Positions 31,524-41,587 of a stretch of DNA of 64,000 nucleotides are shown here, one piece after another (the stretch's first letter is position 1; each line of letters opens with the position of its first letter). The stretch is from an uncultured Pelagibacteraceae bacterium (GTDB taxonomy: Bacteria > Pseudomonadota > Alphaproteobacteria > Pelagibacterales > Pelagibacteraceae). Position numbers and translations under genes: made by a program. The notes below the pieces were generated by a model. The model had not been told where the DNA came from, ran no database searches, and saw nothing but the letters and a program-made list of their open reading frames with translations. The DNA lies in contig CACEXV010000002.1 of NCBI GenBank assembly GCA_902563575.1, forward strand, positions 94,702 to 158,701. The letters are read 5' to 3'.

Positions 31524-32254
31524 TATGTCTCCATTAAACTTTTTATCTTTGCTAAATCTATTGAAGTATCTACACTCAATGGATAGTTTTTAACGTAACC
31601 TACAGAAATATATAATTTATCTTCTAGTGCTCTCATTTGCTCCAAGTTTCTTTCGATTTCTAATTTAGATCTTTTTAAACTTACATACCTTAATAAAGCT
31701 TCATTAGTAAAGGCATAAATACCTATGTGATGATAAACATTATTTGAAGAAAGTTGCTCATTTATTCTAAAAAAATCGTTAGCTTTAACGAAAAGTTCTT
31801 GATTTAATTTTTCCTTAGTTTCTACTTTTACAATATTTACGTCTTTAATTTCATTTGTTTTTATTTCACTTGCCAAAGTGCCTATCTTGGTTTTTGAATT
31901 TAACATGTGGTCTATTAGGTGATTAATGCTTTCAGGCTCTATATTGGGCATGTCCCCTTGTAAATTTATTATTATATTAGGTTTTTTTTTCAATCTTTTG
32001 TCGAAAACTTCGAATACTCTATCGGTTCCCGTCATATGGTTGGGCTTAGTCATGATTGCTTCTCCTCCATAATTGTTAACTAGATCAAATATTACCTTAT
32101 CTGGAGTAGCCACTAATACTTTATCAGCTGCAGAACTCTTTGCTCTATCAAAAACATGTAATATCATTTCCTTATTGTTTATTAATTTTAACGGTTTATT
32201 AGGAAGTCTTTTGGCAGAAATTCTAGATGGAATGATTATAACTGTTTCGTTCAT
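31523..32254 (-). CDS. kdsB: CMP-KDO synthetase
   Basis: IIPSRISAKRLPNKPL, TGTDR, NLQGDMP, HHIGIYAF, LEQMRALE. Confidence 0.95.
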   Translation of the reverse strand: MNETVIIIPSRISAKRLPNKPLKLINNKEMILHVFDRAKSSAADKVLVATPDKVIFDLVNNYGGEAIMTKPNHMTGTDRVFEVFDKRLKKKPNIIINLQGDMPNIEPESINHLIDHMLNSKTKIGTLASEIKTNEIKDVNIVKVETKEKLNQELFVKANDFFRINEQLSSNNVYHHIGIYAFTNEALLRYVSLKRSKLEIERNLEQMRALEDKLYISVGYVKNYPLSVDTSIDLAKIKSLMET

Positions 32255-32344
32255 AATTATGCGTCCCAAAGACGCAAAAAAAGCCCTAATTTTTAGTTTT
32301 TTTTTTAATTCTAATGTTATACCTCTAGGATACTTATCAAAATT

Positions 32345-32893
32345 ATGGATAGTTTTGAATTAAATAAAATCATTGCTGCAGTGCTGTTAACTGCCTTAAT
32401 AATAATTGGGATTGGTAAATTTACAGACCTTCTTTTTTATGTGGAAAAGCCTGAACAATCAGCATACAAAGTTGAGGGACTTGATGTAGCCCAAATTTCT
32501 AAAGATGACAGCGAAAAATCAAAACAAGAAGTTCAAAAAGTCGATATTAAACAGTTATTAGCTTTGGGTAACGTTGCGCACGGTGAAAAAGTTTTTAAAA
32601 AATGTAGTGCCTGCCATATGATAGTTAGTGATGGTAAAAACATGATTGGACCAAATCTGTGGGGAGTGATAGGCAGACAGGCTGCGGTTATCAGTGACTA
32701 TAATTATTCTAAGGCCATGAAGGATTATGGTAAAGAATGGAGTTTTGAAGAAATGAATGCTTATCTAATTAAGCCTCAAGCTTATATTAAGGGAACTAAG
32801 ATGGCATTTGCAGGTTTACGAAAAGAGAAAGATAGAGCTTCAGTAATATTATATATGAATTCAAAAAGTGATGCCCCCAAGCCACTACCTTAG
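32345..32893 (+). CDS. Membrane-anchored class I cytochrome c (CycM/c552-like)
   Basis: N-terminal TM helix, CSACH heme motif, GPNLWGV, GTKMAFAGL. Confidence 0.93.
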   Translation: MDSFELNKIIAAVLLTALIIIGIGKFTDLLFYVEKPEQSAYKVEGLDVAQISKDDSEKSKQEVQKVDIKQLLALGNVAHGEKVFKKCSACHMIVSDGKNMIGPNLWGVIGRQAAVISDYNYSKAMKDYGKEWSFEEMNAYLIKPQAYIKGTKMAFAGLRKEKDRASVILYMNSKSDAPKPLP

Positions 32894-33816
32894 CCTAGAC
32901 ACCAAGTAATTACACTTTTTTGTGCATGGATTCTGTTTTCAGCCTGAGCCCAAACTACTGATTGTTTGCCATCAATTACGTCATCTGTCACTTCCTCTCC
33001 TCTTCCAACTGGTAAACAGTGCATAAAAATTGAGTCTTCTTTCGCGAGGCTCATAAGTTTTTTATTTACTTGATAATTCTTCAAATCTTTTTTTTTTAAT
33101 TTTTTATTTACTTTATCATTCATTGAAACCCATTTGTCAGTCATAACACAATCAACTAAATTAACAGCTTCTTTTGGATCCTTAAAAATTTCAATTTTAG
33201 CTTTATTTTTTTTGGCCCAATTTAAAATTTTTTTATCAGGACTATATTTTTTTGGACAGCCAAATCTTAATTCAAAATTTAATATAGTAGCAGCTTCTAT
33301 TAATGAATAAGCCATATTGTTATTACCATCGCCTATCCAGGCTATTTTTTTATCTTCAATACTTCCTTTTTTTTCTTCAATTGTAAAAATATCTGACATA
33401 ACTTGGCAAGGATGGCTTAATTCTGATAGTCCATTTATCAATGGTATTTCAGAATGTTTAGCAAACTCTACTAAGTTAGAATGAGATTTGGTTCTAATCA
33501 TAATAAGATCTCCATACTGAGATAAAACTTTTGCAGTATCTTTTAGTGTTTCGTCGCCCTTACCATAATGACTTCCATCAGGATTTAAAGTTATACTTGA
33601 TCCACCTAATTGTTTCACAGCTATGTTAAATGATATTCTTGTTCTTGTTGATGGTTTTTCAAAAATCATAATTAAAGTTTTACCTTTCATCGGCTCGTCT
33701 TCGTCAATTGAAGATTTATTTAATCCTGATCTTTTATTTTTTCTAATTTTAGCATCATCTAAAATTTTCCTTAAATCTTTTGAACTAAAATCAGATATGT
33801 TTAAAAAATTTTTCAT
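32890..33816 (-). CDS. argF: Ornithine carbamoyltransferase
   Basis: FEKPSTRTR, HPCQ, DKWVSM, FMHCLP, QAENR. Confidence 0.96.
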   Translation of the reverse strand: MKNFLNISDFSSKDLRKILDDAKIRKNKRSGLNKSSIDEDEPMKGKTLIMIFEKPSTRTRISFNIAVKQLGGSSITLNPDGSHYGKGDETLKDTAKVLSQYGDLIMIRTKSHSNLVEFAKHSEIPLINGLSELSHPCQVMSDIFTIEEKKGSIEDKKIAWIGDGNNNMAYSLIEAATILNFELRFGCPKKYSPDKKILNWAKKNKAKIEIFKDPKEAVNLVDCVMTDKWVSMNDKVNKKLKKKDLKNYQVNKKLMSLAKEDSIFMHCLPVGRGEEVTDDVIDGKQSVVWAQAENRIHAQKSVITWCLG

Positions 33817-34979
33817 TTATAGGTTTTACAGACTTTTTCAATTATCTCCAGTGCTTTATTAATTTCATTTTTTTTAACGTTTAAAGGTGGTAGGAGTCTG
33901 ACAACATTCTCAGCAGCTCTTACCGTTAATAGATTATTGTCTAAAAGCTTCTGAATAAAATTAGCTTGATTAACATGAAGGCAAAGTCCAATTAATAAGC
34001 CTTTACCTCTTACTTCTTTAATAATTCTAGGATATTTACTTTTAATTTTATTGAGTTGATAGATAAAATATTTTCCATTTTTACTTACATTTTTTAAAAA
34101 TCCTTTTTTAAACATTACATCCATAACTGCGTTTCCAGCGCTCATCGCTAATGGATTACCGCCAAAAGTTGATCCGTGGGTTCCAGGCTTCATACCTGAA
34201 GCTACTTTTTTATTCACTAAAACAGCACCTATTGGGAAACCGCCGCCTATTCCTTTTGCTATTGGTACGATATCAGGTTTAATTTTTGCATCCTCGAACG
34301 CGAAAAATTTACCACTTCTTCCTACTCCACATTGCACTTCATCAAGAATAAGTAATATTTTTTTCTTATTGCATAATTTTCTTAAACCTTTAAGGCAAAC
34401 ATCTGGAATAACTTTAATCCCGCCTTCACCTAAAATTGTTTCAACCATAATTGCAGCTGTTCTTTTTGTTATAGCTTTTTCAAGACTTTTATGATCCCCA
34501 AAATTGAAATGATCAAAGCCATCGACTTTCGGTCCAAAACCTTCGGTTGCCTTTTTACTATTACTAGCAAATATTGCAGCAATAGTTCTTCCATGAAAAC
34601 TATTATTTATGCAAAGTACTCTATTTTTTCTTGGTTGTCCTTTAGAGTAAAAATATCTTCTGGCAAATTTTATTGCTGCCTCAGTTGCTTCAGCTCCAGA
34701 GTTTTGAAAAGATACGTAGTCAGCAAAAGTTTTTTGAGTTAATCTTTTTGCTAATTTTTCTTGCTCTGGAATAGTAAAAACATTTGAAACATGCCACAAT
34801 TTTTTAGATTGTTTGTTGATAGATCTAATTAAGTAATCATTAGCATGCCCTAGACTACAAACAGCTATGCCAGCACAAAAGTCTAAATATTTTTTTCCAT
34901 TTGATGCGTATAGATAACTTCCTTTACCCTTAGTAAAAGAAATTTTCTTTCTATTGTAAGTATTTAAAATTTTACTCAT
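33813..34979 (-). CDS. argD: Acetylornithine aminotransferase
   Basis: NSGAEATEAAIK, FHGRT, DEVQCGVGRSG, AKGIGGG, HGSTFGGNP. Confidence 0.95.
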   Translation of the reverse strand: MSKILNTYNRKKISFTKGKGSYLYASNGKKYLDFCAGIAVCSLGHANDYLIRSINKQSKKLWHVSNVFTIPEQEKLAKRLTQKTFADYVSFQNSGAEATEAAIKFARRYFYSKGQPRKNRVLCINNSFHGRTIAAIFASNSKKATEGFGPKVDGFDHFNFGDHKSLEKAITKRTAAIMVETILGEGGIKVIPDVCLKGLRKLCNKKKILLILDEVQCGVGRSGKFFAFEDAKIKPDIVPIAKGIGGGFPIGAVLVNKKVASGMKPGTHGSTFGGNPLAMSAGNAVMDVMFKKGFLKNVSKNGKYFIYQLNKIKSKYPRIIKEVRGKGLLIGLCLHVNQANFIQKLLDNNLLTVRAAENVVRLLPPLNVKKNEINKALEIIEKVCKTYK

Positions 34980-35788
34980 GATTTAATTTTATAACCATTT
35001 TTGTACAAAATATAAGATACTAACCACAAAATTAAGCTCACGATTGTTAAATAAAAAACACCAAATATCAAAGAACCGTCGCTTTCTCCTATAAAACTGT
35101 ATCTAAAACCATCTATCATATAAAAAAATGGATTAGCTTTACTTATAGTTTGTAAAAGACTCGGTAATTTATCTATTGTATAAAATGTGCCTGATAAGAA
35201 GGATAATGGTACAATTAAAAAATTAGTTACTGACGCCATATGATCAAATTTTTCCGCCCAAAGTCCAGCTATTATTCCTAATGCACCAAGAGAAAATGAA
35301 GCTAAAAAAGTGAATATAAATAAGTAAAAAAAACTCACAATTTTCAAATCGATAATGATCATGAAAGTGATAATTGAAATTATTGCTATCATAATACTTC
35401 TTGTTACAGATGCTAAAGTTACAGCTAAAGTAACTTCAGAGGCTGATAAAGGCGCATATAATAAGTCCACAATATTCCCCTGAATTTTACCGATCATGAA
35501 AGAGGAAGACGAATGCGAGAAAGACTGTTGAATGACTTGCATTGCAATTAAACCAGGAGCTAAAAAATTTATAAAGCTAACACCTAAAATATCACCCCTT
35601 TCTTCACCTATTGCTAAAGACAAAACCAGTAAAAACAAAAGGGATGTGACGAGCGGAGAAAAAATTGTCTGAATCCATACAATTAAAAATCTTAAAACTT
35701 CTTTTTTATATAATGTCCACGCACCAATCCAATTGATGTTGCCAAATCTTCTAGTTCCAATTTTATATTTTGCTTTAATTTCAACCAT
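34976..35788 (-). CDS. ABC-2 type transporter permease
   Basis: FLAPGLIAM, PLSFLSGTFY, NPFFYMIDGFRY. Confidence 0.9.
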   Translation of the reverse strand: MVEIKAKYKIGTRRFGNINWIGAWTLYKKEVLRFLIVWIQTIFSPLVTSLLFLLVLSLAIGEERGDILGVSFINFLAPGLIAMQVIQQSFSHSSSSFMIGKIQGNIVDLLYAPLSASEVTLAVTLASVTRSIMIAIISIITFMIIIDLKIVSFFYLFIFTFLASFSLGALGIIAGLWAEKFDHMASVTNFLIVPLSFLSGTFYTIDKLPSLLQTISKANPFFYMIDGFRYSFIGESDGSLIFGVFYLTIVSLILWLVSYILYKNGYKIKS

Positions 35789-35938
35789 CGATAGTCTTAT
35801 AATCCTTATTCATAAAAAATCTGTGTAAAACTTAAGTTACCCTCAGAACTTGATGTTTTTATGTTTGATTCACCTAAGTACAATACTACATAATGGAAAT
35901 ATTAATTTTAAATAACTAAATATAGTTAAGGTTGTATT

Positions 35939-36436
35939 ATGAGTTGGACGCCTGAAAAAGTCGAAAAATTGAGAGAACTTTGGGGGAAAGGTTACACCGC
36001 TAGTCAGATTGCTGAAAAATTAGGTGATACAACAAGAAACGCCGTAATTGGTAAGGCTCATAGATTAAATTTAGAGGCAAGAGCACCATCAAAAAAATCC
36101 TCTTCGATTAGTTCTCCAACAAAATCAGTTAGAAGACCAATTCAACAAATGACACGTAAACAAAAATTTCAATCTATACTCTTGGATAAAAATTTTGAGG
36201 CGGAAAAACCAAAGTCTTTAGAGGAATTGACTGAAGATACATGCAAATGGCCCATTGGAGATCCAAATGAAAAAAATTTTTATTTTTGTGGAAGAAAGCC
36301 GGAGGAAGATTTTCCATATTGCAAGTTACATGTTCTGTATGCTTTCCAACCTAAAGGCCAAAAAGAGGATGTTCTTGAAAAAGATGATGAAGTACCAGAA
36401 TTTATTGAGAAAAAAGTTAAAGTTTCTTCTGGTTAA
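35939..36436 (+). CDS. gcrA: Cell-cycle regulator GcrA
   Basis: MSWTPEKVEKLRELW.KG.TASQIA, TRNAVIGKAHRL, CKWPIGDP...FCG...YCKLH. Confidence 0.95.
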   Translation: MSWTPEKVEKLRELWGKGYTASQIAEKLGDTTRNAVIGKAHRLNLEARAPSKKSSSISSPTKSVRRPIQQMTRKQKFQSILLDKNFEAEKPKSLEELTEDTCKWPIGDPNEKNFYFCGRKPEEDFPYCKLHVLYAFQPKGQKEDVLEKDDEVPEFIEKKVKVSSG

Positions 36437-36469
36437 CAAAACTTTAACATTAAAATCATACAATTGGCT

Positions 36470-36697
36470 ATGAAGTTTATTAAAAAATACCTTAAATGGT
36501 TAAGTACTTTTTTAGTTCTTACAGGTATTTTATTAACAAATTTGAATATGTATCCAGTAAATATAATGTTTCATGGAGCGGGAGTTGTTGGTTGGACTAT
36601 TGCAGGTTTTATTTCTAAGGATAAAGCAATATTAACAAATTTTGGGTTACAGATTCCATTATTTATTATTGGTTTTTATCAAATTTTGGTTCCGTAA
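36470..36697 (+). CDS. Small three-helix membrane protein (DUF6552-like)
   Basis: KWLST..LTG..LTN.N.YP.N...GW...G...DKAI..N pattern; family call from memory only. Confidence 0.65.
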   Translation: MKFIKKYLKWLSTFLVLTGILLTNLNMYPVNIMFHGAGVVGWTIAGFISKDKAILTNFGLQIPLFIIGFYQILVP

Positions 36698-36723
36698 GTT
36701 CGGGACACTTCAATACATTTTTT

Positions 36724-37167
36724 ATGAGGAAAATAAAAACAATATTGTTTGTTTGTACTGGAAACTCTGCGAGAAGCATAATAGCGGAAAGTATTGTAAA
36801 CAATAATTTCCGAAATCAATTCATTGCATTTAGCGCTGGAAGTAATCCCTCAGGAAAAATCAATCCCTTCATTAAAGAGTATCTTGAAGGAAAAAAATTT
36901 AATTTAACCACGTATTATTCAAAAAATTTTGATGAATTTTTAAAAAATGATATTGATATTGATTACGTGATTACAGTTTGTAATAACGCCAATAAAGAAG
37001 TTTGCCCTGTATGGCCCAAAAAAAAGACCATTACGCACTGGGACATCGCGGACCCTGTTGAAAAAATTAAAAAAACTAAAAATAAAGATAAAATAAATTT
37101 AATAGCTGAAGAAACTTATAATATAATTAATGAAAAAATTAAACATTGGGTAAAAAATGAAAAGTAA
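36724..37167 (+). CDS. arsC: Arsenate reductase, thioredoxin-dependent LMW-PTP fold
   Basis: P-loop CTGNSARS, resolving pair TVC...VCPVWP, HWDIADP. Confidence 0.88.
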   Translation: MRKIKTILFVCTGNSARSIIAESIVNNNFRNQFIAFSAGSNPSGKINPFIKEYLEGKKFNLTTYYSKNFDEFLKNDIDIDYVITVCNNANKEVCPVWPKKKTITHWDIADPVEKIKKTKNKDKINLIAEETYNIINEKIKHWVKNEK

Positions 37168-37804
37168 AAAGATATTTATTGGTGAATTTATAGGAAGTTG
37201 TTTTTTAGTCATGATTATTGTTGGTTCAGGTATTATGGCTCAAAATCTAACTGATGATATCGCTGTAATGTTAATAGCGAATACTTTAGCTACAGGTGCA
37301 GGATTATTTGTTCTGATAACTTCCATCGGTGATATCTCCGGCGCACATTTCAATCCTGTCGTTACTTTAGCAATGTATTTTACCAACAAGATTAAAAAAA
37401 ATTTAATTATCACTTATATCTCTGCTCAAATCTTAGGTTGTATGTTAGGAGTAATGTTAGCAAATTTTATGTTTGATCTTCCTTTGTTGCAGCTTTCACA
37501 GAAGATTAGACCTGGAATAAATATTTTTACAGCTGAGATGATTGCAACTTTTGGATTAATTTTTGTGATATTTGGATCTTTAAAGAGTGGCAAACTTGCG
37601 GTCGCTACATCAGTAGCAACTTTTATTACAGCGGGGTATTGGTTTACCTCTTCAACTTCATTTGCAAATCCAGCGGTAGCAATCGCAAGAACTTTTACAG
37701 ACACATTTACTGGAATTAATTACTTAAATACTCCTGGCTATATCATTGCTGAGATGCTTGGTGGAATATTGGCTGTCTATTTAATCAGAAAAATTATTTT
37801 GTAA
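37157..37804 (+). CDS. Aquaporin/MIP channel, arsenic-associated type
   Basis: SGAHFNPV and WFTSSTSFANPAV motifs; overlaps arsC. Confidence 0.9.
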   Translation: MKSKKIFIGEFIGSCFLVMIIVGSGIMAQNLTDDIAVMLIANTLATGAGLFVLITSIGDISGAHFNPVVTLAMYFTNKIKKNLIITYISAQILGCMLGVMLANFMFDLPLLQLSQKIRPGINIFTAEMIATFGLIFVIFGSLKSGKLAVATSVATFITAGYWFTSSTSFANPAVAIARTFTDTFTGINYLNTPGYIIAEMLGGILAVYLIRKIIL

Positions 37805-37812
37805 TTGGAGGG

Positions 37813-37843
37813 TAGCCCAAGGAAATATTGATACCTTGGGCTA
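37813..37843. terminator. 10-bp hairpin between convergent aquaporin and ppx (terminator or sRNA 3' stem)
   Basis: TAGCCCAAGG - 11 nt - CCTTGGGCTA; no clear U tract. Confidence 0.5.
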
Positions 37844-37936
37844 ATTAATTAACAACACAGTTGGGAGACTGATAATCAGTTAATAATATATAAATGCTAA
37901 AAAAATATTTAAATTAAGTTAAAGATTTATTAATTT

Positions 37937-39442
37937 TCATGAATAAATGATATTGGAGTCGACATTCATCTCTCTTGCCAGGTTTTTAAGTCTTTTAGTT
38001 ACTTGTTTTGAGACAATATCGCTATGATTGTTAGGTATTTTCAAAAAAATAGTCTTATTTCTTTTATAAATTTTAAATTCATCTAACAACAAAGAAGACA
38101 TGCTAGTGAGTGACTCTGCTAATCTTAAAGCAGATCCCACTTGCTTTGAGGATAAAATTTCGTTGTTATTTAATAAGGATAAAAACTGATAATTCGGATT
38201 ATATTTTAAGCCACAATGTCTCCAAAAACTTGCTGATGCAACTTTTACTCTATCTCTATGTTCTAGTTTTAGTAATGGAGTATTTAACACTTCCATAAAA
38301 ACTAATTCTGCTTTTTGAAAAGCTCCTAGGCCCCAATCCATTTTACTTAAGATGCAAGCCAAGGTTAGTAATCTTCGATTAAAATATTCGTTGTCTTCAA
38401 ATAATGGTGAAATAAAATTAAAATATTTCTCAAAACTCTTTCCATAGTCCCCTTTTTTAAAAGATATACCATCAGTTTTTAATTTGAAAATTTCATCCTC
38501 GCTCATTCCTTGGTTTATAATTGTATCCATATGCCCCTCTCTCAGTCCACTGATTGAGCAAATAACTTTTGAGGGGCTTGCTGCTTCAATTATTTCGTTA
38601 AGTATTATAGAGCTAAAAGGTAAATAGGGAGTTCTAGATTTAGTAATATATTCCATTGATTTCAAAGATGATTTATTAAATTTTGAAATTCTGTTTAAGT
38701 ATTTAACTGCTACAACTTTTGAGAGTTTATATTGATGCAAAATATGTAATGGGTGTTTTTCTTTAAAGAGATGATATTTAAATAATGATCTCCAAGTCCC
38801 TCCTACCAAATAAATATTTTTAAATTTCTTTTTAGAAAGCCATTTTTCATCTCTTAAAAGTTTTCTAACATATTTTCCCAAATTTCTTTTTTTTATAATA
38901 GGATTATTTTCAAGTCTTAATACTCCAAGAGGTAAAGAGGTTGTTTCAAAAATTTGATTTTTAGAAACTCTGGCAAGTTCTAAACTTCCACCTCCTAAAT
39001 CTGCAACTAATCCATCTACTTCATCAAATCCTACCATTACACCATTTGCTGATGTTCTTGCTTCTTCCTCGCCAGATAATACTAGTGGTTTTTTATTAAA
39101 TATTTTTTCAATTTCTCTTAAAAATTCACTTGCATCAGTGGCCTCTCTAAAAGCTGCTGTTGCAATAATTTCTAAATCTTGAACGTCTGAAATATCTAAA
39201 ATTTCTTTAAATCTATTTAGAACTTTTAAAGAACCTTTAATTCCATCGGGATTTAGTTTTTTAGATTTATCTAAATTTTTTCCAAGTTTGCAAACTGCTT
39301 TTTCATTAAAGACTGGGATTGGAGAAATTTTAAAATTATCGTATATGAGCATTCTTACTGAATTTGATCCAAGATCTATTATGGCTTGCTTAGACTTTTT
39401 ATTAGACTGAAATTTAAAAAGATTTTTTAATTCTGGTTTCAT
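37937..39442 (-). CDS. ppx: Exopolyphosphatase, Ppx/GppA family
   Basis: IDLGSNSVR, ATAAFREA, LSGEEEA, DLGGGSLE, GLREG. Confidence 0.94.
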   Translation of the reverse strand: MKPELKNLFKFQSNKKSKQAIIDLGSNSVRMLIYDNFKISPIPVFNEKAVCKLGKNLDKSKKLNPDGIKGSLKVLNRFKEILDISDVQDLEIIATAAFREATDASEFLREIEKIFNKKPLVLSGEEEARTSANGVMVGFDEVDGLVADLGGGSLELARVSKNQIFETTSLPLGVLRLENNPIIKKRNLGKYVRKLLRDEKWLSKKKFKNIYLVGGTWRSLFKYHLFKEKHPLHILHQYKLSKVVAVKYLNRISKFNKSSLKSMEYITKSRTPYLPFSSIILNEIIEAASPSKVICSISGLREGHMDTIINQGMSEDEIFKLKTDGISFKKGDYGKSFEKYFNFISPLFEDNEYFNRRLLTLACILSKMDWGLGAFQKAELVFMEVLNTPLLKLEHRDRVKVASASFWRHCGLKYNPNYQFLSLLNNNEILSSKQVGSALRLAESLTSMSSLLLDEFKIYKRNKTIFLKIPNNHSDIVSKQVTKRLKNLAREMNVDSNIIYS

Positions 39443-41565
39443 TTTACTAATCTCAAATTTTGAGGTTTAGCTCTTAAAATTGACTTACCGCGACCTGATA
39501 AACTTGGATTCTTCATGAAATAGGAATGTGCGGAAAAGCCTTTTTCTTGTTCTTTATGATAGTTTCCTAAGCTATCTAAATACCATGTTTCCGATTTATC
39601 TTTAAAGTTGGCTAACATAATTTGATCTAAAATTTGCTCATGTACAGTATTGTTTTCTATCGGAATTATAATTTCAATTCTTCTATCTAAATTTCTAGGC
39701 ATTAAATCTGCAGATGAAATATATACCTGATTCTCTCGAGAGGGCATAGAACTACCATTTGCAAAACAATAAATTCTTGAGTGTTCTAAAAATCTGCCAA
39801 TAAGGCTTTTTACTTTTATATTTTCAGATTGACCTTTAATTCCAGGTCTTAAGCAACATACTCCTCTTACCGATAAATTTATTTTTACTCCTGCGTTTGA
39901 AGCTTCGTAAAATTTCTTAATAATTCCAGGGTCTACAAGAGAATTCATTTTTGCCCATATTTCTGCAGGTTTTCCTTTATTTGCATTTACTATTTCATTT
40001 TCAATTTTTTCTTCAAAAAAATTCCTACTATTTAATGGAGACATAAAAATTTTATTCAATTTTTTTGGTTTTGCATAACCAGTTACATAATTAAAAAATT
40101 TTTCGACATCTTTGGCCAAGTCTTGATTAGAGCTAAACAGTGATAAGTCAGTATAAATTTTTGCGTTAATAGGATGATAGTTTCCTGTACCTAAGTGAAC
40201 ATAGCTTCGCGTTTTAGCTCCTTCTTTTCTTAAAACTAAACTTGCCTTTGCATGCGTTTTGTATTTTGCGAATCCGTAAACAATTTGAACGCCAGCTTTC
40301 TCTAGTTTCCTAGATAATTCAATATTAGCTTCCTCATCAAATCGAGCTTTTATTTCTATTACGGCTGTAACAACTTTTCCGTTTTCTGCTGCTCTACTTA
40401 GTGCTTTTACGATAGGAGAGTCAGGTGTGGTTCGATACAAAGTTTGTTTGATACCGATAACTTTGGGATCTTTTGCTGCAGCTTCTAAAAATTGAATTAC
40501 TACATCAAAAGTTTCAAAAGGGTGGTGTACAACAAAATCTTTACTTCTTATAGCTGAAAAAAATTTATCATCAAATTCCTTCAATCTTTCAACTTCTCTA
40601 GGATTAAACTTTTTAAATCTCAGCTTAGGATCTTTCTTTTTACAAATTTCATCTATATCTTGTATTCCAACCAATCCTTCAACCTCATAAATATGATCTT
40701 CATCCATTTTAAATTTTTTTGAAATAAAATTTAAAAGTTTTTTGTTTGAATTAGTGAGTACTTCGAGTTTAACTACGTTTCCCCTTCTTCTTTTCTTAAT
40801 TGCTTTTTCAAAATATCTCACAAGATCAGCAGCTTCATCATCTATTTCAATTTCACTGTCTCTAATTATTTTAAACTGCAAACTTGCCTCGATATTATGG
40901 TCTGGAAATATTTCATTAGCAAATTTACAAATTACGTCATCAATTGTGACAAATTCATTTATTGTTTCAGAATTGTTTAGAGATACAAATTTTGGAAGTG
41001 CTCTTGGTATAACTATAATTGCATTTAGTTCTCTTTTTTTTTTTATTCTAGTCATTCTTAGTAAAATTGCTTGGCCTTTATTTGGTATAAAAGGAAAGGG
41101 ATGTGATGGGTCAATGGCAGTAGGTGTTATTATAGGATAAATTGTTTCCTGAAAATATTCTCTTAGATACATAAGATCCCTCTTATTTAGTTCTGACATT
41201 TTTCGAATGAAAATTTTTTCTTTCGATAGCTCTTTTTTCAACTCTAGGAATGCTTCGTTTTGCTTCTTTAATAGATCTTTAGTTTTTAATACGACCCTAT
41301 TCAATTGATCCTCTGCAGTTAATCCATCTGCGCTTAATTCGTCAAAACCATCTTTAATTTGATTAAAAAGTCCAGCGACTCTTACCATAAAAAATTCATC
41401 TAAATTTGTACCTGCGATTGATAAAAATTTTACTCTTTCAAATAGAGGATTTGTTTTATCTTTTGACTCTTCTAAAACACGATCATTAAACTGAAGCCAA
41501 GATAATTCTCTGTTTATGAGTTGATTGCTAATATTAGCGTTTTCTGAAAATGATGCTTTCGACAT
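39439..41565 (-). CDS. ppk1: Polyphosphate kinase 1
   Basis: NRELSWLQFN, LDEFFMVRVAG, HHPFE, KQTLYR, ARFDEEAN, KTHAK, GRFLEHSR, SADLMPRNLDRRIE. Confidence 0.97.
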   Translation of the reverse strand: MSKASFSENANISNQLINRELSWLQFNDRVLEESKDKTNPLFERVKFLSIAGTNLDEFFMVRVAGLFNQIKDGFDELSADGLTAEDQLNRVVLKTKDLLKKQNEAFLELKKELSKEKIFIRKMSELNKRDLMYLREYFQETIYPIITPTAIDPSHPFPFIPNKGQAILLRMTRIKKKRELNAIIVIPRALPKFVSLNNSETINEFVTIDDVICKFANEIFPDHNIEASLQFKIIRDSEIEIDDEAADLVRYFEKAIKKRRRGNVVKLEVLTNSNKKLLNFISKKFKMDEDHIYEVEGLVGIQDIDEICKKKDPKLRFKKFNPREVERLKEFDDKFFSAIRSKDFVVHHPFETFDVVIQFLEAAAKDPKVIGIKQTLYRTTPDSPIVKALSRAAENGKVVTAVIEIKARFDEEANIELSRKLEKAGVQIVYGFAKYKTHAKASLVLRKEGAKTRSYVHLGTGNYHPINAKIYTDLSLFSSNQDLAKDVEKFFNYVTGYAKPKKLNKIFMSPLNSRNFFEEKIENEIVNANKGKPAEIWAKMNSLVDPGIIKKFYEASNAGVKINLSVRGVCCLRPGIKGQSENIKVKSLIGRFLEHSRIYCFANGSSMPSRENQVYISSADLMPRNLDRRIEIIIPIENNTVHEQILDQIMLANFKDKSETWYLDSLGNYHKEQEKGFSAHSYFMKNPSLSGRGKSILRAKPQNLRLVK

Positions 41566-41587
41566 ATTTAAATGTTAAATTAAAATT

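Noticed and set aside
35789-35938. Possible CtrA box (TTAA-N7-TTAA) upstream of gcrA
   Set aside because: No exact match, and TTAA is too frequent at this AT content.
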